A stretch of 63,870 nt of DNA, filler included, from Sanchytrium tribonematis (taxonomy: Eukaryota): NCBI GenBank assembly GCA_018985235.1. It is 8 parts of 8 records of this genome, joined end to end, with 100 filler letters (N's around TTAATTAATTAA, not from the genome) between each part and the next. Parts side by side here need not be neighbours in the genome. Positions count along the whole stretch, not along the records: positions 26,765 to 53,259 come from JADGIG010000061.1; 7 more parts are not named here. The stretch is one strand, 5' to 3'. Made by a program: the position numbers and the translations under genes. The notes beneath the pieces are model-generated. The model had not been told where the DNA came from. It did no database searches and saw only the letters and a program-made list of their open reading frames with translations. This document shows, in pieces, positions 34,188-44,905 of this stretch. Positions within the stretch are counted from its first letter, which is position 1; the number at the start of each line of letters is the position of its first letter.

Positions 34188-35460
34188 TTATTGTTTGTCG
34201 CTTAAAGCAGCAACTCCAGGTAGCGACTTACCTTCAAGCAATTCCAAACTAGCACCACCTCCTGTTGAAACATGAGAAAGAACATCTAGGTTTGGCAAAA
34301 ACTTTTCAGCTGCAGAAGCAGTATCACCACCGCCAATGATCGAGGTGGCTCCTTGGGACGTTGCTTGAGCGACAGCTTCCATCAAAGTCTTCGTGCCGTT
34401 TGCAAACTTCGGAAATTCAAATACACCTGAAGGTCCTAAATTAGATTAAATTACCATTCCATAAGATAGTCTTATGTGCTAAAACGACATTTTTGAATGA
34501 TTCAACAGATTTTGGACCAATATCAAGACCTAACCAGCCATCAGAGATTCCACACTCGTCAGTTGCAGAACCAACATTTGCATTTTCGTCAAATTTGTCT
34601 GCTGTTACGTAGTCAGTTGGGAAGTGAATCTTGACATTCTTGGCTGCAGCTTTGTCCATAATTTCCTTCACGATCTTTGAACCTTCTTCATCATACAGTG
34701 AGTTTCCAATATTCATATTTTGCAAAACCTTTTTAAATGTAAAAACCATCCCTCCTCCAATTAACAAAGTGTCAACTTTGTCTAATAGATTGGAAATCAA
34801 CTGGATTTTATCGCTAACTTTCGCACCTCCTAAGATGGCTAAAAAAGGCTTATCTGGAGATTCTAATGCTTTTGCAAAATATTGCAGCTCCTTTTGCATT
34901 AACAATCCTGCTGCTTTCTGTGGTAAATTCACACCTACCATACTAGAGTGAGCTCTATGCGCAGTTCCAAATGCATCATTGACGTAAATGTCCGCCAATT
35001 TGGATAAGGATGATCTAAATTGTTCAACTTTGCTTTTGTCCGCTTTTTGTTTCTTGCCAGAGTCATCTACAAAACTTCCTTCTTCCTCCGCATAAAATCT
35101 CAAATTTTCGAGAAGAACTATTTTGTTTTTGCCTGACTGACATTCTTCTTCGACTTTTGAACCGACGCAATCTTCTAGAAAGACTACCTTGCTACCTAGT
35201 AGCTTTTCCAATTCTTCGCTCACTGGCTTAAGAGAAAATTCTACCTTTTTTTGTCCATCCGGTCTGCCCAAGTGTGACATTAAGATGACACTTTTCGCAC
35301 CATTATTTAGACAATGCTTGATACTTGGTAATGCAGCCACAATTCTTTGATTATTTGTGATCTTTCCATTTTTTATTGGGACATTAAAATCAACTCGCAT
35401 CAATACTCGTTTGCCAGCGAGGCTCAAATCTGCTAAAGACAATTTTTTACTTAGACTCAT
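34188..35460 (-). CDS. PGK1: Phosphoglycerate kinase; exons 35460-34455 and 34435-34188
   Basis: [29 protein letters not shown], spliced [23 protein letters not shown]. Confidence 0.98.
34436..34454 (-). other. 19-nt spliceosomal intron GTAATTTAATCTAATTTAG (PGK)
   Basis: Removal restores the invariant WNGPxGVFE motif. Confidence 0.95.
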
Positions 35461-35654
35461 TCTTTATTGCAAACGGGGTGTAATATGGATAAATTATTGA
35501 CCAAAAGTAAACAACTCCTTTCTTTAATAGGAAGAGTAGAGCATTGACTACTTGGTTATGCAAAATCAATCCATACATTGCCAAGGCGATAGAGGAATCG
35601 CCTTTTAGGGCAAATTGGACCATATTAAGTCAAAACTTCCCATTTTGCAAATCA

Positions 35655-36266
35655 ATGCAACTCTACTTATCATTACTTTTCGCTTTATCATATGAAGAAG
35701 CTTCTAAAGCATCAAAGTTTGCAAAATTCCAGATAACAAGTCGGCCAAACTGGGTCGATGATGTAATTCCGAAAATACTAGGATGTACTTCATATCAGGA
35801 AGATGTCATTTCATATGCTTGGGGTCAATCCTTAGTCTTAAAGGCAAGAGCTGTAGGCTACCTGATCAAATATGGTCCGAAAATTGACGAGTATTTTGGA
35901 GGTTCGGAATTTGACTATGATATATCCATCAAAGCATTGTCGACATATTCAAAATCATTTGTAACTCCTTTTAATATTACTTGTAGTTCAGAATTGGCAT
36001 CAACAAGCTTCGGAATGGTGGACGAATCTGCTAAAAATATTGTTCTTGGAATTTCCTTTTTTGATTTAAAATCGGAGGGATTCAATTCGCAACCAGGTGC
36101 AATTGTGAATTTGGAGACTCAATTTTTAGCTGTAGGTGGTGCGGTCTATCGTGGATTGAATGTCAGTGATGCAAAAGCCTTAGCTGTTGAAAATCCTGCT
36201 TTGGCTTTAGCCTCGTCTGAAAATTATCAATTTTTCTCAGAAAGCGTCACATTTGATTTAGAATAA
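35655..36266 (+). CDS. Secreted M35 (Lys-specific metalloendopeptidase)-like protein lacking HExxH
   Basis: NSQPGAIVNLETQF aligns to DSQAGTLVHESSHF; AKALAVENP..A....ENYQFFSE C-terminal motif. Confidence 0.65.
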   Translation: MQLYLSLLFALSYEEASKASKFAKFQITSRPNWVDDVIPKILGCTSYQEDVISYAWGQSLVLKARAVGYLIKYGPKIDEYFGGSEFDYDISIKALSTYSKSFVTPFNITCSSELASTSFGMVDESAKNIVLGISFFDLKSEGFNSQPGAIVNLETQFLAVGGAVYRGLNVSDAKALAVENPALALASSENYQFFSESVTFDLE

Positions 36267-36277
36267 ATTGCGCTGAT

Positions 36278-36859
36278 TCAAAAGTCAAAAAGTTTATTAT
36301 CTCTTGTTTCGTTTTTATAAGCTTTAACTAAACCACTAATCTCTTTGAAATTCGGATGATTAGCATCTTGCATAAACTGAAATATGAGACATTCAGATGA
36401 AATGACGTTTAATTTGGCATCTCTAAATCTGTTCAAAGCAACCTTTCTTTCTCCCTTATTAATTGTACTGATTCCATCAGCAATCAAATGAACATTAATA
36501 TTTCTATCAGCCAAGTCGAACGCTGTTTGGTAGATACACACATGCGCTTCAATTCCACAAAGTATTACATTTTTAATTTGCTTTTCCTTGAGATACTGAT
36601 CCACTTTTGGAATTACCATTGAAAATTTTGTCTTAGGTTCAACTATCTCGGCTTTGCTTATGTCTAATTCTGAGCAAGTAGATCCTAAAGACTTTGGGTA
36701 TTGTTCCGTAACAATGACTGGTATTTTTGTAATGTTAGCAAATTCGTTTAACTTTTTGGCAGTATTTATAACATCATTCATTTGGTATATTAAGGGTCTG
36801 AATTTTTCTTGAATATCGCAAAGAAACAATGCAGTGTTTTTAGAAACTAATTTTTGCAT
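36278..36859 (-). CDS. Isochorismatase-domain protein (ISOC1/2-like)
   Basis: LFLCDIQEKFRP, TEQYPKSLG, KTKFSM, GIEAHVCIYQT. Confidence 0.92.
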   Translation of the reverse strand: MQKLVSKNTALFLCDIQEKFRPLIYQMNDVINTAKKLNEFANITKIPVIVTEQYPKSLGSTCSELDISKAEIVEPKTKFSMVIPKVDQYLKEKQIKNVILCGIEAHVCIYQTAFDLADRNINVHLIADGISTINKGERKVALNRFRDAKLNVISSECLIFQFMQDANHPNFKEISGLVKAYKNETRDNKLFDF

Positions 36860-37097
36860 GTTTCGAAATGGGGATTGTTTAACTGCTGTTGAACAAATTA
36901 GGCTGTGGATGCGCCAATTTAACAACGGCGATGGACAAGTTGTCGACTTGAGGTGTACTTAATGGATAAATTCCCTGAATTAGCCAATTGCATCATATTT
37001 ATGCCCTAGAAATTAAAAGTGGGGAGAGATTAACTGGTGTGGAATTGCCAGTAGGCTAATATTCGTAGCTTTATAAGAAAGAAATCCCTCATTGTGC

Positions 37098-37496
37098 ATG
37101 TTGATTTCTTTAATAACGAGCTTCTATGCAGTAGCTGCTAAGCCTTGCGGCGGTGATGAAGGTTCATTTGAGATGAAAAATATTGACTTCCCAGATGAGT
37201 TACTAGTTGGACAGAAAAGTTGGTTTACTGTTGAAGGCTATTACCCGAAAAAAATAACATCAGGAAAGATTGTTGCCAAGGTCTATAAAGGTCCATTCAA
37301 TTTAATGACTGAAAATTCATTACTGTGCGAAAAAACTGATTGTCCTTTAGAAGGAGACCACACCATTAGAAATTACATTGAAGTCCCTGCAGGAACTCCA
37401 GCTTTGACATACCACTTAGTGGTTGACATCAGCGATCAAGATGACTTGAGAGTGGGATGTTTCCAAGTTCCAATGAAAGTTGTCAACACAGAATAA
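37098..37496 (+). CDS. NPC2: ML-domain lipid-binding protein (NPC2/PG-PI transfer protein-like)
   Basis: Signal peptide, KPCGG, LCEKTDCPL, VGCF cysteine pattern. Confidence 0.8.
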   Translation: MLISLITSFYAVAAKPCGGDEGSFEMKNIDFPDELLVGQKSWFTVEGYYPKKITSGKIVAKVYKGPFNLMTENSLLCEKTDCPLEGDHTIRNYIEVPAGTPALTYHLVVDISDQDDLRVGCFQVPMKVVNTE

Positions 37497-37513
37497 AATC
37501 CATAAAGCATTTA

Positions 37514-39829
37514 TTAACTTGCAGCTTCCAATATTGGCAATAATGGCCTAATACGATTGCTATGCCTCAAATGCTCACTATTATTGATGATTTGCTTTAA
37601 ACTTTCTCTAATTCCGGATTCTCTCTCGATAAGTTCCTTGAACGCATTCTTTGGCAAATCCAGCACGACTCCAAAGCATTGAGGTTGTGTCTTGCCACAA
37701 ATTCTGATAAAGTTATGCCATAAAGAAGGTGTATCCCAAATACGCTTTCTAACCATTATAGAGAGCAGATCTTTCGTAATAAATTCAATCATATTTGAAT
37801 GCTCCTCAATACAGTGCTCTAAAGTTACCATAGTCAATTCCGGAATGTTGCCTAATTTAAGCATCTCTTCTAAAGATTCGGTTAGTACCTTTTCATCTTG
37901 AATTTCGGGAAGTGTCAAGACATAAGCTAAAGCCAAAGAGCTGTCGGTAAGCTCACTTTCTTTGGCATGTACCAATACGAGAAGTTCAGAAGCTGTTAAC
38001 TTAGGTACATTGTCATCTCCAATTGTTAATAGTAATTTGCTCAAACATTGTTTAACGACAGCTTCTTCATAATCTTCATTAAAGATGTACGAAATATACT
38101 TTACGATATCATTTTTATCAAATGCGTGCAAAACAGGTAGTAAAATTTTGGGAGAAAACTGACTGTCCACAAGACTTTTGACTAGCTCAATTAGACTTGG
38201 TAATACACGATCACTCCATTTTGTAACAATTTCTATCACCAATTCTGGGCAAGATTTTGCAGATTGTTCCATGTAATGTATAAAAGTATCATAATTTTCT
38301 AATTGTTGCAAATAAGTTAATAATGTTTTCGATAAATCTGCTTTTTCTTCAATTTTATTATAAACGGAGACAAATTCTCCGAATAGTGATGGATCTTTAA
38401 TAAGTAGAGACATAAATAGCTCTGACTGTCTAGAAATTTCGTCCTTTTTGTCATCCGGTACAGAAAAGTCAACCTTGGAAAACTCTTCAATGGCGGATTG
38501 CTTTATCTGAGGTATGATGACGTCTAAGTTTATAGATCTTGCAACACTTACCGCTTGGGCTCTCATTACTTTGTTTTCGCTTATACAGCATTTCAGAAGA
38601 TAAGTCAAAGCTTGGGTCCTTTGTTTTGGTTTATGTAAAATAATTTCTTGTAAAATTGGGATCATATCTATACTATCTGTACAGAGCTCTCCGATTAGCT
38701 GCATTGTATTGTCAGTGATCTTAGGGAGCTCGCTTATAAATCTAACAGCTTGTTTTATACTATTCTTTAATGAGAGATGAACAAAATCCTCATAAAGTTC
38801 TGGTTTTCTGTAATATAAAAAGTAGGCAATTTTCAACAGAACCTGAACTTGATCTTGTAATTTTAGAAACACTTGCGATTGATCTGATTGACTTAATTGT
38901 TGACCATATATATAACTTGATAAATCTTTCCATATTTCTAATTCCGAATCCGTAAAGTATTCACTATAATTAAGAATCTCTTCCAACAACACCTCAATTG
39001 CATCAGGGTCTGCTTCAATATCCTCAAAAATGTCCAGGTCTTGGGTTTCTTCCTCATATCTGACTCTCGGGTCTTTTGGTTCCTCCACAATTTTAAAGTG
39101 ATTTATATAATTTTCAAACACATTCTGCTTCAATGCATTCTGTATGATGCCTTGAAAGTCCTCTTCTTGTAGTACCTCCGCTCCAAGTACATGCAAAATA
39201 ATCTTATTTATCATTATAAATGGAAGAGTACTAGAGTATTGTTGTAATGTTAAAAATTCTTCTACAGGCAAAAATCTATGATTAATAACATCTGGGTTTA
39301 TATCACGTGCTTGATTTGAAGCTATTCGCTGCCTTCTGATAGATTTCACCTGCCTCATAACTTCCTGCCCGTCAACATTCAAATCTTCCACCATTCTTGG
39401 TGTTACGATAGGCAACAATGTCGAGTCTAACTTCATTGCATTGATAAAGAGTCCTCGCAGCATAGATTTTACCATATATCCTTTTTTAGTTAATCCTATA
39501 AAATGACTAATGATGTCACCCAACATATCTGAATGGCAATACAAATACCAACTATTCATCATTGCTGTCAAAATGACTTCATTTTCAAAATCTTGTTTTA
39601 TTAGTTTTAATAAACCCTCGATAGAATTATTTAGCTCATCACTATTAACGAATGATGGCAAATCTTGTGTCTGCAAAATTTTTAAAATATGTAAGTAGTT
39701 ACAAAGATATGGTATTTTGGAAAGTTTATCTGCTAAAGATCCAGATAAGAAAACCTTGATTGCAGTCTGAAAGTCGGTCTTCAACGCCGTCCATTGTCGA
39801 TGGTCATTTCTAAGATTGGGATATTCCAT
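37514..39829 (-). CDS. SYMPK: Symplekin/Pta1-like 3'-processing scaffold
   Basis: LTASELLVLVH, IPELTMVTL, KRIWDTPSLWHNFIRIC..TQPQCF..VL.LP (Symplekin C-terminal domain). Confidence 0.8.
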   Translation of the reverse strand: MEYPNLRNDHRQWTALKTDFQTAIKVFLSGSLADKLSKIPYLCNYLHILKILQTQDLPSFVNSDELNNSIEGLLKLIKQDFENEVILTAMMNSWYLYCHSDMLGDIISHFIGLTKKGYMVKSMLRGLFINAMKLDSTLLPIVTPRMVEDLNVDGQEVMRQVKSIRRQRIASNQARDINPDVINHRFLPVEEFLTLQQYSSTLPFIMINKIILHVLGAEVLQEEDFQGIIQNALKQNVFENYINHFKIVEEPKDPRVRYEEETQDLDIFEDIEADPDAIEVLLEEILNYSEYFTDSELEIWKDLSSYIYGQQLSQSDQSQVFLKLQDQVQVLLKIAYFLYYRKPELYEDFVHLSLKNSIKQAVRFISELPKITDNTMQLIGELCTDSIDMIPILQEIILHKPKQRTQALTYLLKCCISENKVMRAQAVSVARSINLDVIIPQIKQSAIEEFSKVDFSVPDDKKDEISRQSELFMSLLIKDPSLFGEFVSVYNKIEEKADLSKTLLTYLQQLENYDTFIHYMEQSAKSCPELVIEIVTKWSDRVLPSLIELVKSLVDSQFSPKILLPVLHAFDKNDIVKYISYIFNEDYEEAVVKQCLSKLLLTIGDDNVPKLTASELLVLVHAKESELTDSSLALAYVLTLPEIQDEKVLTESLEEMLKLGNIPELTMVTLEHCIEEHSNMIEFITKDLLSIMVRKRIWDTPSLWHNFIRICGKTQPQCFGVVLDLPKNAFKELIERESGIRESLKQIINNSEHLRHSNRIRPLLPILEAAS

Positions 39830-39856
39830 AGTTTCGCGGAGGTTTATTTTCAAAAT

Positions 39857-41694
39857 TTATTCTTCTTTCAAATGGCTTCTCTGAGGTAATTGAACTGCTT
39901 CTGTATCTGAAATATCTGCGACATGCAAAGAGCCTCTAAACGTGTATTCTACGTGGAGGTATTTGTCTAGTCCGAATGCTGGATCATAAAATCCTATAAA
40001 TTGACTCTATATAAGCAAGAAAATACTTTCGAAATGGCGGGTAATTCAAGCGCAGAATTTTTGACAAAATATTGCAATGGGATGGTCACGTCGCAACTTG
40101 ACTCGTGGGTGCCATAACTAGATTGTAATATTATCAAGCCATTGTTCTCACTCTCGAATTCCATATTTTTTCTTGCATTATGTTGCATTCTTTCAATTGC
40201 AAACAAAGCCTCCTCTTCTTTTTTCTTCATTTCAACTGCATACTCTTCCTTTTTGAATTCTAATTTTTCGAGTTGTTTTCGCGCGAAGAAAGATTTTAAA
40301 AGCCAAGAGTGTATCACCCCATAAGAGGAAAACAAAGCAACGCTGGACATCAGAAATAAATTAAAATTTGGATGCCCAAACAGCATTATCGGTAAACTGA
40401 GTTTCTGGTTGTAATATTTAAAACCTGCCATGACCGCAGTTCCAAAAGACGGGTTACCTTGTATTCCAATAGTGACTCGAAATAGCTGTGTAATGTTCAT
40501 TGAAATTCTCCATCCATATTCAGTGAAAGAACCGAAACTTGCAAATACTCGCATTTTAGCCCAATCCGAAATGGGATAAGTATAATTGGAGGTTATATTT
40601 TGGTTATTAATATTAACACCCAAACCATCTTTCTCTGGGTAAAACCCTATATTGACAATGGGCATGATAGAAATCACAGATTCTACTTCAACCTCAAGTG
40701 GTAGTTGCTCTTGATCTACTTGAGTCTCATCCGCATGAACATCTTCTTGAGCATCGATGTGTTCTTTGGATTGAAGTTCTTGTTCGATATCGTCATCCAA
40801 AATTACGGTTTGAAACGAAGATACAAGAGTCAGACCGAAATTCCAAATTTTACCCTTAAATGGTCTAAAAAATGACAGACCAACTTGGGAATTACTTGGT
40901 TCCCAATTAAAATATGTCTGCATTTGTGCAAAACGAGTTGGCTGATCAATGGTCAATTTTATATTCGACTTAAATAAGCTAGTTTGTAAATTTAATTTCA
41001 TTCCCTTAAAACTAGTTTTGATTCCCAATGGGAGTGAGTAATTAACTTTATGCGAGGGTAAGATTGCGACTTTGGATGGTGTGTGAACAAGATAATGGGG
41101 ATCTGCAAATATAAAGTTCACATCCTTCAATTCATTTTTAATCCGCAGCATAGCTCGTTGTATACTTGATGGATCATAAAATTCCATTTGAATTGTCGGA
41201 CTTACATAAATTCCATAGTTGTTTTGAGAATATTGCCAAGTCAAAGATGTGCCCAATCTATTCCAAAAAAAACTTCTACCTGCTTTTGCACCAACAGTAA
41301 CTTCAGCCATCATAGGCCAAGAATCTTGTACATTAAACTCATTCAATTCAGATAGTACTGCATTTTCTCTTATTCTTTCTAGAATATCGTACACACTTGT
41401 CATTTCTCTTTTTAGAATCAACACATCATCAGGCGGTGGCTGGTTTTTCAGACTTTGATACTCTTTTTGAACGCCGAATTTGTACATCTTGTTTTCCATC
41501 GGATCTGCTAAATCACTGGCTCGTTGTATTTTATCTACCAATCTTTGTTGTATTTCATTCTCACTACTCTTGTCCGGATGGAACAGTGATATTAATTGCT
41601 TATAATTCTTTTTTATAGTGACAGGATCATCACTATAGAGTACAAATTGACTATCTTCTTTCTCTTCCTTATTGTCGAATAATGAAGGAGACAT
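39857..41694 (-). CDS. DNAJC11: DnaJ homolog C11; exons 41694-40027 and 40006-39857
   Basis: J-domain FHPDK; GLIILQSSYG, DVTIPLQYFV; spliced SK|SQFIGFYDPAFGLDKYLHVEYTFRGSLH...LPQRSH. Confidence 0.9.
40007..40026 (-). other. 20-nt spliceosomal intron GTATTTTCTTGCTTATATAG (DNAJC11)
   Basis: Removal adds the conserved GFYDP C-terminal 49 aa that the ORF track misses. Confidence 0.92.
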
Positions 41695-42000
41695 TTCAAA
41701 CAAACAGATTTTCAAAATTTTAATTTATTATGGTTAATTAACAAAAGTCATTAATTGAATCGTGGAAATATTACAATCTATGTCGAAAGACTGAGCATAA
41801 AATCGCCGCGAAAAGAGATAAATCCTTTGTGGGTCTGAGAGGTTAACAAATTTACGTTGAAAAGAAGTTGCAATAAACTTTGGTTTCTGTGATTGGACTC
41901 TAAGAAGTTTGCATCAAAGTGAGTACATAGTAGCCAATCACCACAGTTCTTGGACTGTTTGCTCATAGTTTTTAAATGGCTCGCAGTGTCTTGAAGCAAA

Positions 42001-43443
42001 ATGCTACTTCATCTACTTACTAACGCATATTACATGAAGCATTCGAGCTTGGGAGACATTTTATCTGAATTTGATGTCGTAGATTCTATTGATACGTCCC
42101 AATTGTCAACAAAAATTCACAATTGGGATGTGGATATAACTCGTTCTGAAGTTCAGGGCGTTTCTGTTTACGAAGGTAAAATTAAGGATGAAAGCGATTC
42201 TAAAGTTATGATTGTTCAACATTCAGATCATTTCAGTGGTTATATTGATCACAAGGATGAAAAGTATAGGCTAGACCCCTTGGATGTAATGATTGGAAAT
42301 CAAAGGAAAATGGTGCTGTACAAGATCAGACATTTGCCCACTAGCCACATGCCCTGTCATACTGGGAATCATTATTTTCCATCAATGGGAGACATGACGA
42401 ACAAAATTAAGAGAATATTCAAGAGAAGTGGAGCATCAAAGTCATGCAGAATGTCTCTACTTGCCGACTCTTCTTTTCAGAAACAAATGGGTTCAGATAC
42501 CAGATCTAAGATGATAGAAGCTTTGAAAGCAGCAGATGAAATTTATGCCGCCCAGTTTGGAATCAATCTTGAGCCTGCAGATGTTAAATTACTATCTGAA
42601 AATTTTTTAGTGAATGCGGCACAAAGTATCACCGGAGTCTTGAATACTTTGAAGAATGAGCAATCTGTAAAGGCATACGGCACAGACCCTAGCCAGTATT
42701 GCTTAGTTCATCTATTTACTGCTAAGAATTTTGGCACGACGACTGGCCTAGCTTATGCCGCAAAGACTGAAATGAACACAATCGGAGGAATATGTTCCGG
42801 TAGTGAAGCCTTAAACGTAGGTGTAAGTACAACACAGCTAGGAAGTCAAGACACCCTGGGCAGTTTTGCATGGCATGCCACTGTTGCACATGAAATTGGT
42901 CATGGATTTGGAGCTAGTCACGACGAACTTCGCGGTTGCGGTGGTCAAGGGAAGTTGATGCAAGCTGTTGTCAATGCTGACATCAATGCTATTCCGGGCT
43001 TCTCAACTTGTTCTATAACTGATATAAGAGCCAAATTAGTTCAGGTGAATTGTTTTGTTGCTCCATCAAATCCTACTCAAACAGCACCTGTTACGAATCT
43101 TGTAACAAAGGCTGCTGCGCCAAAAGAAGCTCCTGCTCCAAATCCACCTAAAGTAAATTCGGCACCAAATCCGCCACAAGCAAAACCTGCTCCAACATAT
43201 CATGCTCCTGCCCCCATCGTTGACAATACACCTCCGCCTTCTACATATCATCCACCGCAAAAGCATAGTCATCAAGACACATCTACTCAATCTTTAGACG
43301 ATGGGCAAGTATCTAGATTATTAAGTGATATTACATCCGGAAATATCGACATGGACCTGGTAAATTCCATTGTTTCAATGTTTCAATTGCCACCGCAGGT
43401 ATCATCAATGATCAATTCGATCTCATTTTTCTCGAAAAAATAA
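42001..43443 (+). CDS. Secreted reprolysin/ADAM-type (M12B) metalloprotease with Pro-rich tail
   Basis: CLVHLFT, GLAY, HEIGHGFGASHD, Met-turn LMQA, FSTCS. Confidence 0.88.
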   Translation: MLLHLLTNAYYMKHSSLGDILSEFDVVDSIDTSQLSTKIHNWDVDITRSEVQGVSVYEGKIKDESDSKVMIVQHSDHFSGYIDHKDEKYRLDPLDVMIGNQRKMVLYKIRHLPTSHMPCHTGNHYFPSMGDMTNKIKRIFKRSGASKSCRMSLLADSSFQKQMGSDTRSKMIEALKAADEIYAAQFGINLEPADVKLLSENFLVNAAQSITGVLNTLKNEQSVKAYGTDPSQYCLVHLFTAKNFGTTTGLAYAAKTEMNTIGGICSGSEALNVGVSTTQLGSQDTLGSFAWHATVAHEIGHGFGASHDELRGCGGQGKLMQAVVNADINAIPGFSTCSITDIRAKLVQVNCFVAPSNPTQTAPVTNLVTKAAAPKEAPAPNPPKVNSAPNPPQAKPAPTYHAPAPIVDNTPPPSTYHPPQKHSHQDTSTQSLDDGQVSRLLSDITSGNIDMDLVNSIVSMFQLPPQVSSMINSISFFSKK

Positions 43444-43532
43444 ATTGAACATATATATTTTATTGCACGGTGAACATTTTGCAGGTTTACAAGTAGATCT
43501 TGGCGTAGGTCCTAGGAGAAAAAGTTTGAAAA

Positions 43533-44903
43533 ATGGATTGGGAAGAATTCCGAATTAATGCTCACAAGGCTATAGATGATATTTGCGACTATTATAAAAT
43601 GTTGGAAACTCAAAATCTGCAATCAAAAGTTGAACCTGGATATTTAAGATCGCTGTTGCCAAATCATGCACCAAATGCACCAGAAAGTTTTGAGTCTGTC
43701 AGACAAGATTTATTTAAACACATACTTCCTGGAATTACACATTGGCAGCATCCTTCTTTTTTTGCATATTATCCAAGCAATAGTTCTCCACCAGCCATGC
43801 TGGCAGAAATGTATTCAAATATGTTCAACTGTATAGGTTTCAATTGGGCGTGCTCTCCCGCGTATACCGAATTAGAAACTATAACTCTTGACTGGCTTTG
43901 CAAGGCTTTAAAGCTTGACAATCAATTTTTATCAAGTGGGAAGGGATGTGGTATAATTCAGGGAAGTGCATCAGAAGCCTTGCTGGTCGCCCTACTCTCT
44001 GCTCGAAAAGAGAAGCTGCAAGATCATAAATTAGAAACTCTAGTATTTTATTGTAGCGACCAAACACATTCCAGTGCTAGAAAAGCCTCAAATATTGCTT
44101 TGACTACACTTCATGTTGTCAAAACTAATGGCACAGGCGTAATGGAGGAATCTGCTCTTGAAAATGCAATTGATGAAGACATTAAGAAGGGTCTTGTGCC
44201 TTGCTTCTGTGTCGGAACTTATGGAACAACCACTAGTGGAGCCGTTGACGAAATTGAAAGAATTGGCAAATTATGTCAAAAATACAAAATGTGGTTTCAC
44301 ATAGACGCAGCTTATGCGGGAGCATTTTTAATTCATGATAATTTCCATTGTCCCACAGAAGATGCTGACTCTTTTAATATGAACACCCACAAAATGATGC
44401 TGACTAATTTTGATTGCAGTCCTTTATGGGTTAAAGATAGAAGCAAAGTTGTGGATGCTTTGTCAATCAGCGCGCCTTACTATAGAAATAAGCAAAGTGA
44501 AAACGGACTCGTGACTGATTACCGTGATTTGCAACTACCTCTAGGGCGTCGTTTCAGAGCATTAAAGTTATGGTTTGTTTTAAGAATTTATGGAATTAAA
44601 AATATCCAACTCCATATTCAAAAACATCTAGAGTTTTCCGATTATATTGAAAATTGTGTATTGGCAAATCCCAACTTGAAATTGTTGTCTAGAAATTTTG
44701 CACTAGTTACATTTGCTCATGCAGATTCTAATAAGACGCAAAAATTACATGAGATTATCAATTCGCATAATGTCCTCACAACAATGTCTAATCTTCATGG
44801 CAATGAAATCTTGAGATTTGTTCCTGGGAGTTTACAAACAGAACAGTCACATGTCGAACAATTTTGGCAAATTGTAGAAAAGGGTATATCACAAATAAAT
44901 TAA
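43533..44903 (+). CDS. DDC: Aromatic L-amino-acid decarboxylase (group II PLP)
   Basis: VEPGYL, PGITHWQHP.FFAYYP, SPAYTELE, HIDAAYAG, NTHK, LGRRFRALKLWFV. Confidence 0.92.
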   Translation: MDWEEFRINAHKAIDDICDYYKMLETQNLQSKVEPGYLRSLLPNHAPNAPESFESVRQDLFKHILPGITHWQHPSFFAYYPSNSSPPAMLAEMYSNMFNCIGFNWACSPAYTELETITLDWLCKALKLDNQFLSSGKGCGIIQGSASEALLVALLSARKEKLQDHKLETLVFYCSDQTHSSARKASNIALTTLHVVKTNGTGVMEESALENAIDEDIKKGLVPCFCVGTYGTTTSGAVDEIERIGKLCQKYKMWFHIDAAYAGAFLIHDNFHCPTEDADSFNMNTHKMMLTNFDCSPLWVKDRSKVVDALSISAPYYRNKQSENGLVTDYRDLQLPLGRRFRALKLWFVLRIYGIKNIQLHIQKHLEFSDYIENCVLANPNLKLLSRNFALVTFAHADSNKTQKLHEIINSHNVLTTMSNLHGNEILRFVPGSLQTEQSHVEQFWQIVEKGISQIN

Positions 44904-44905
44904 AT

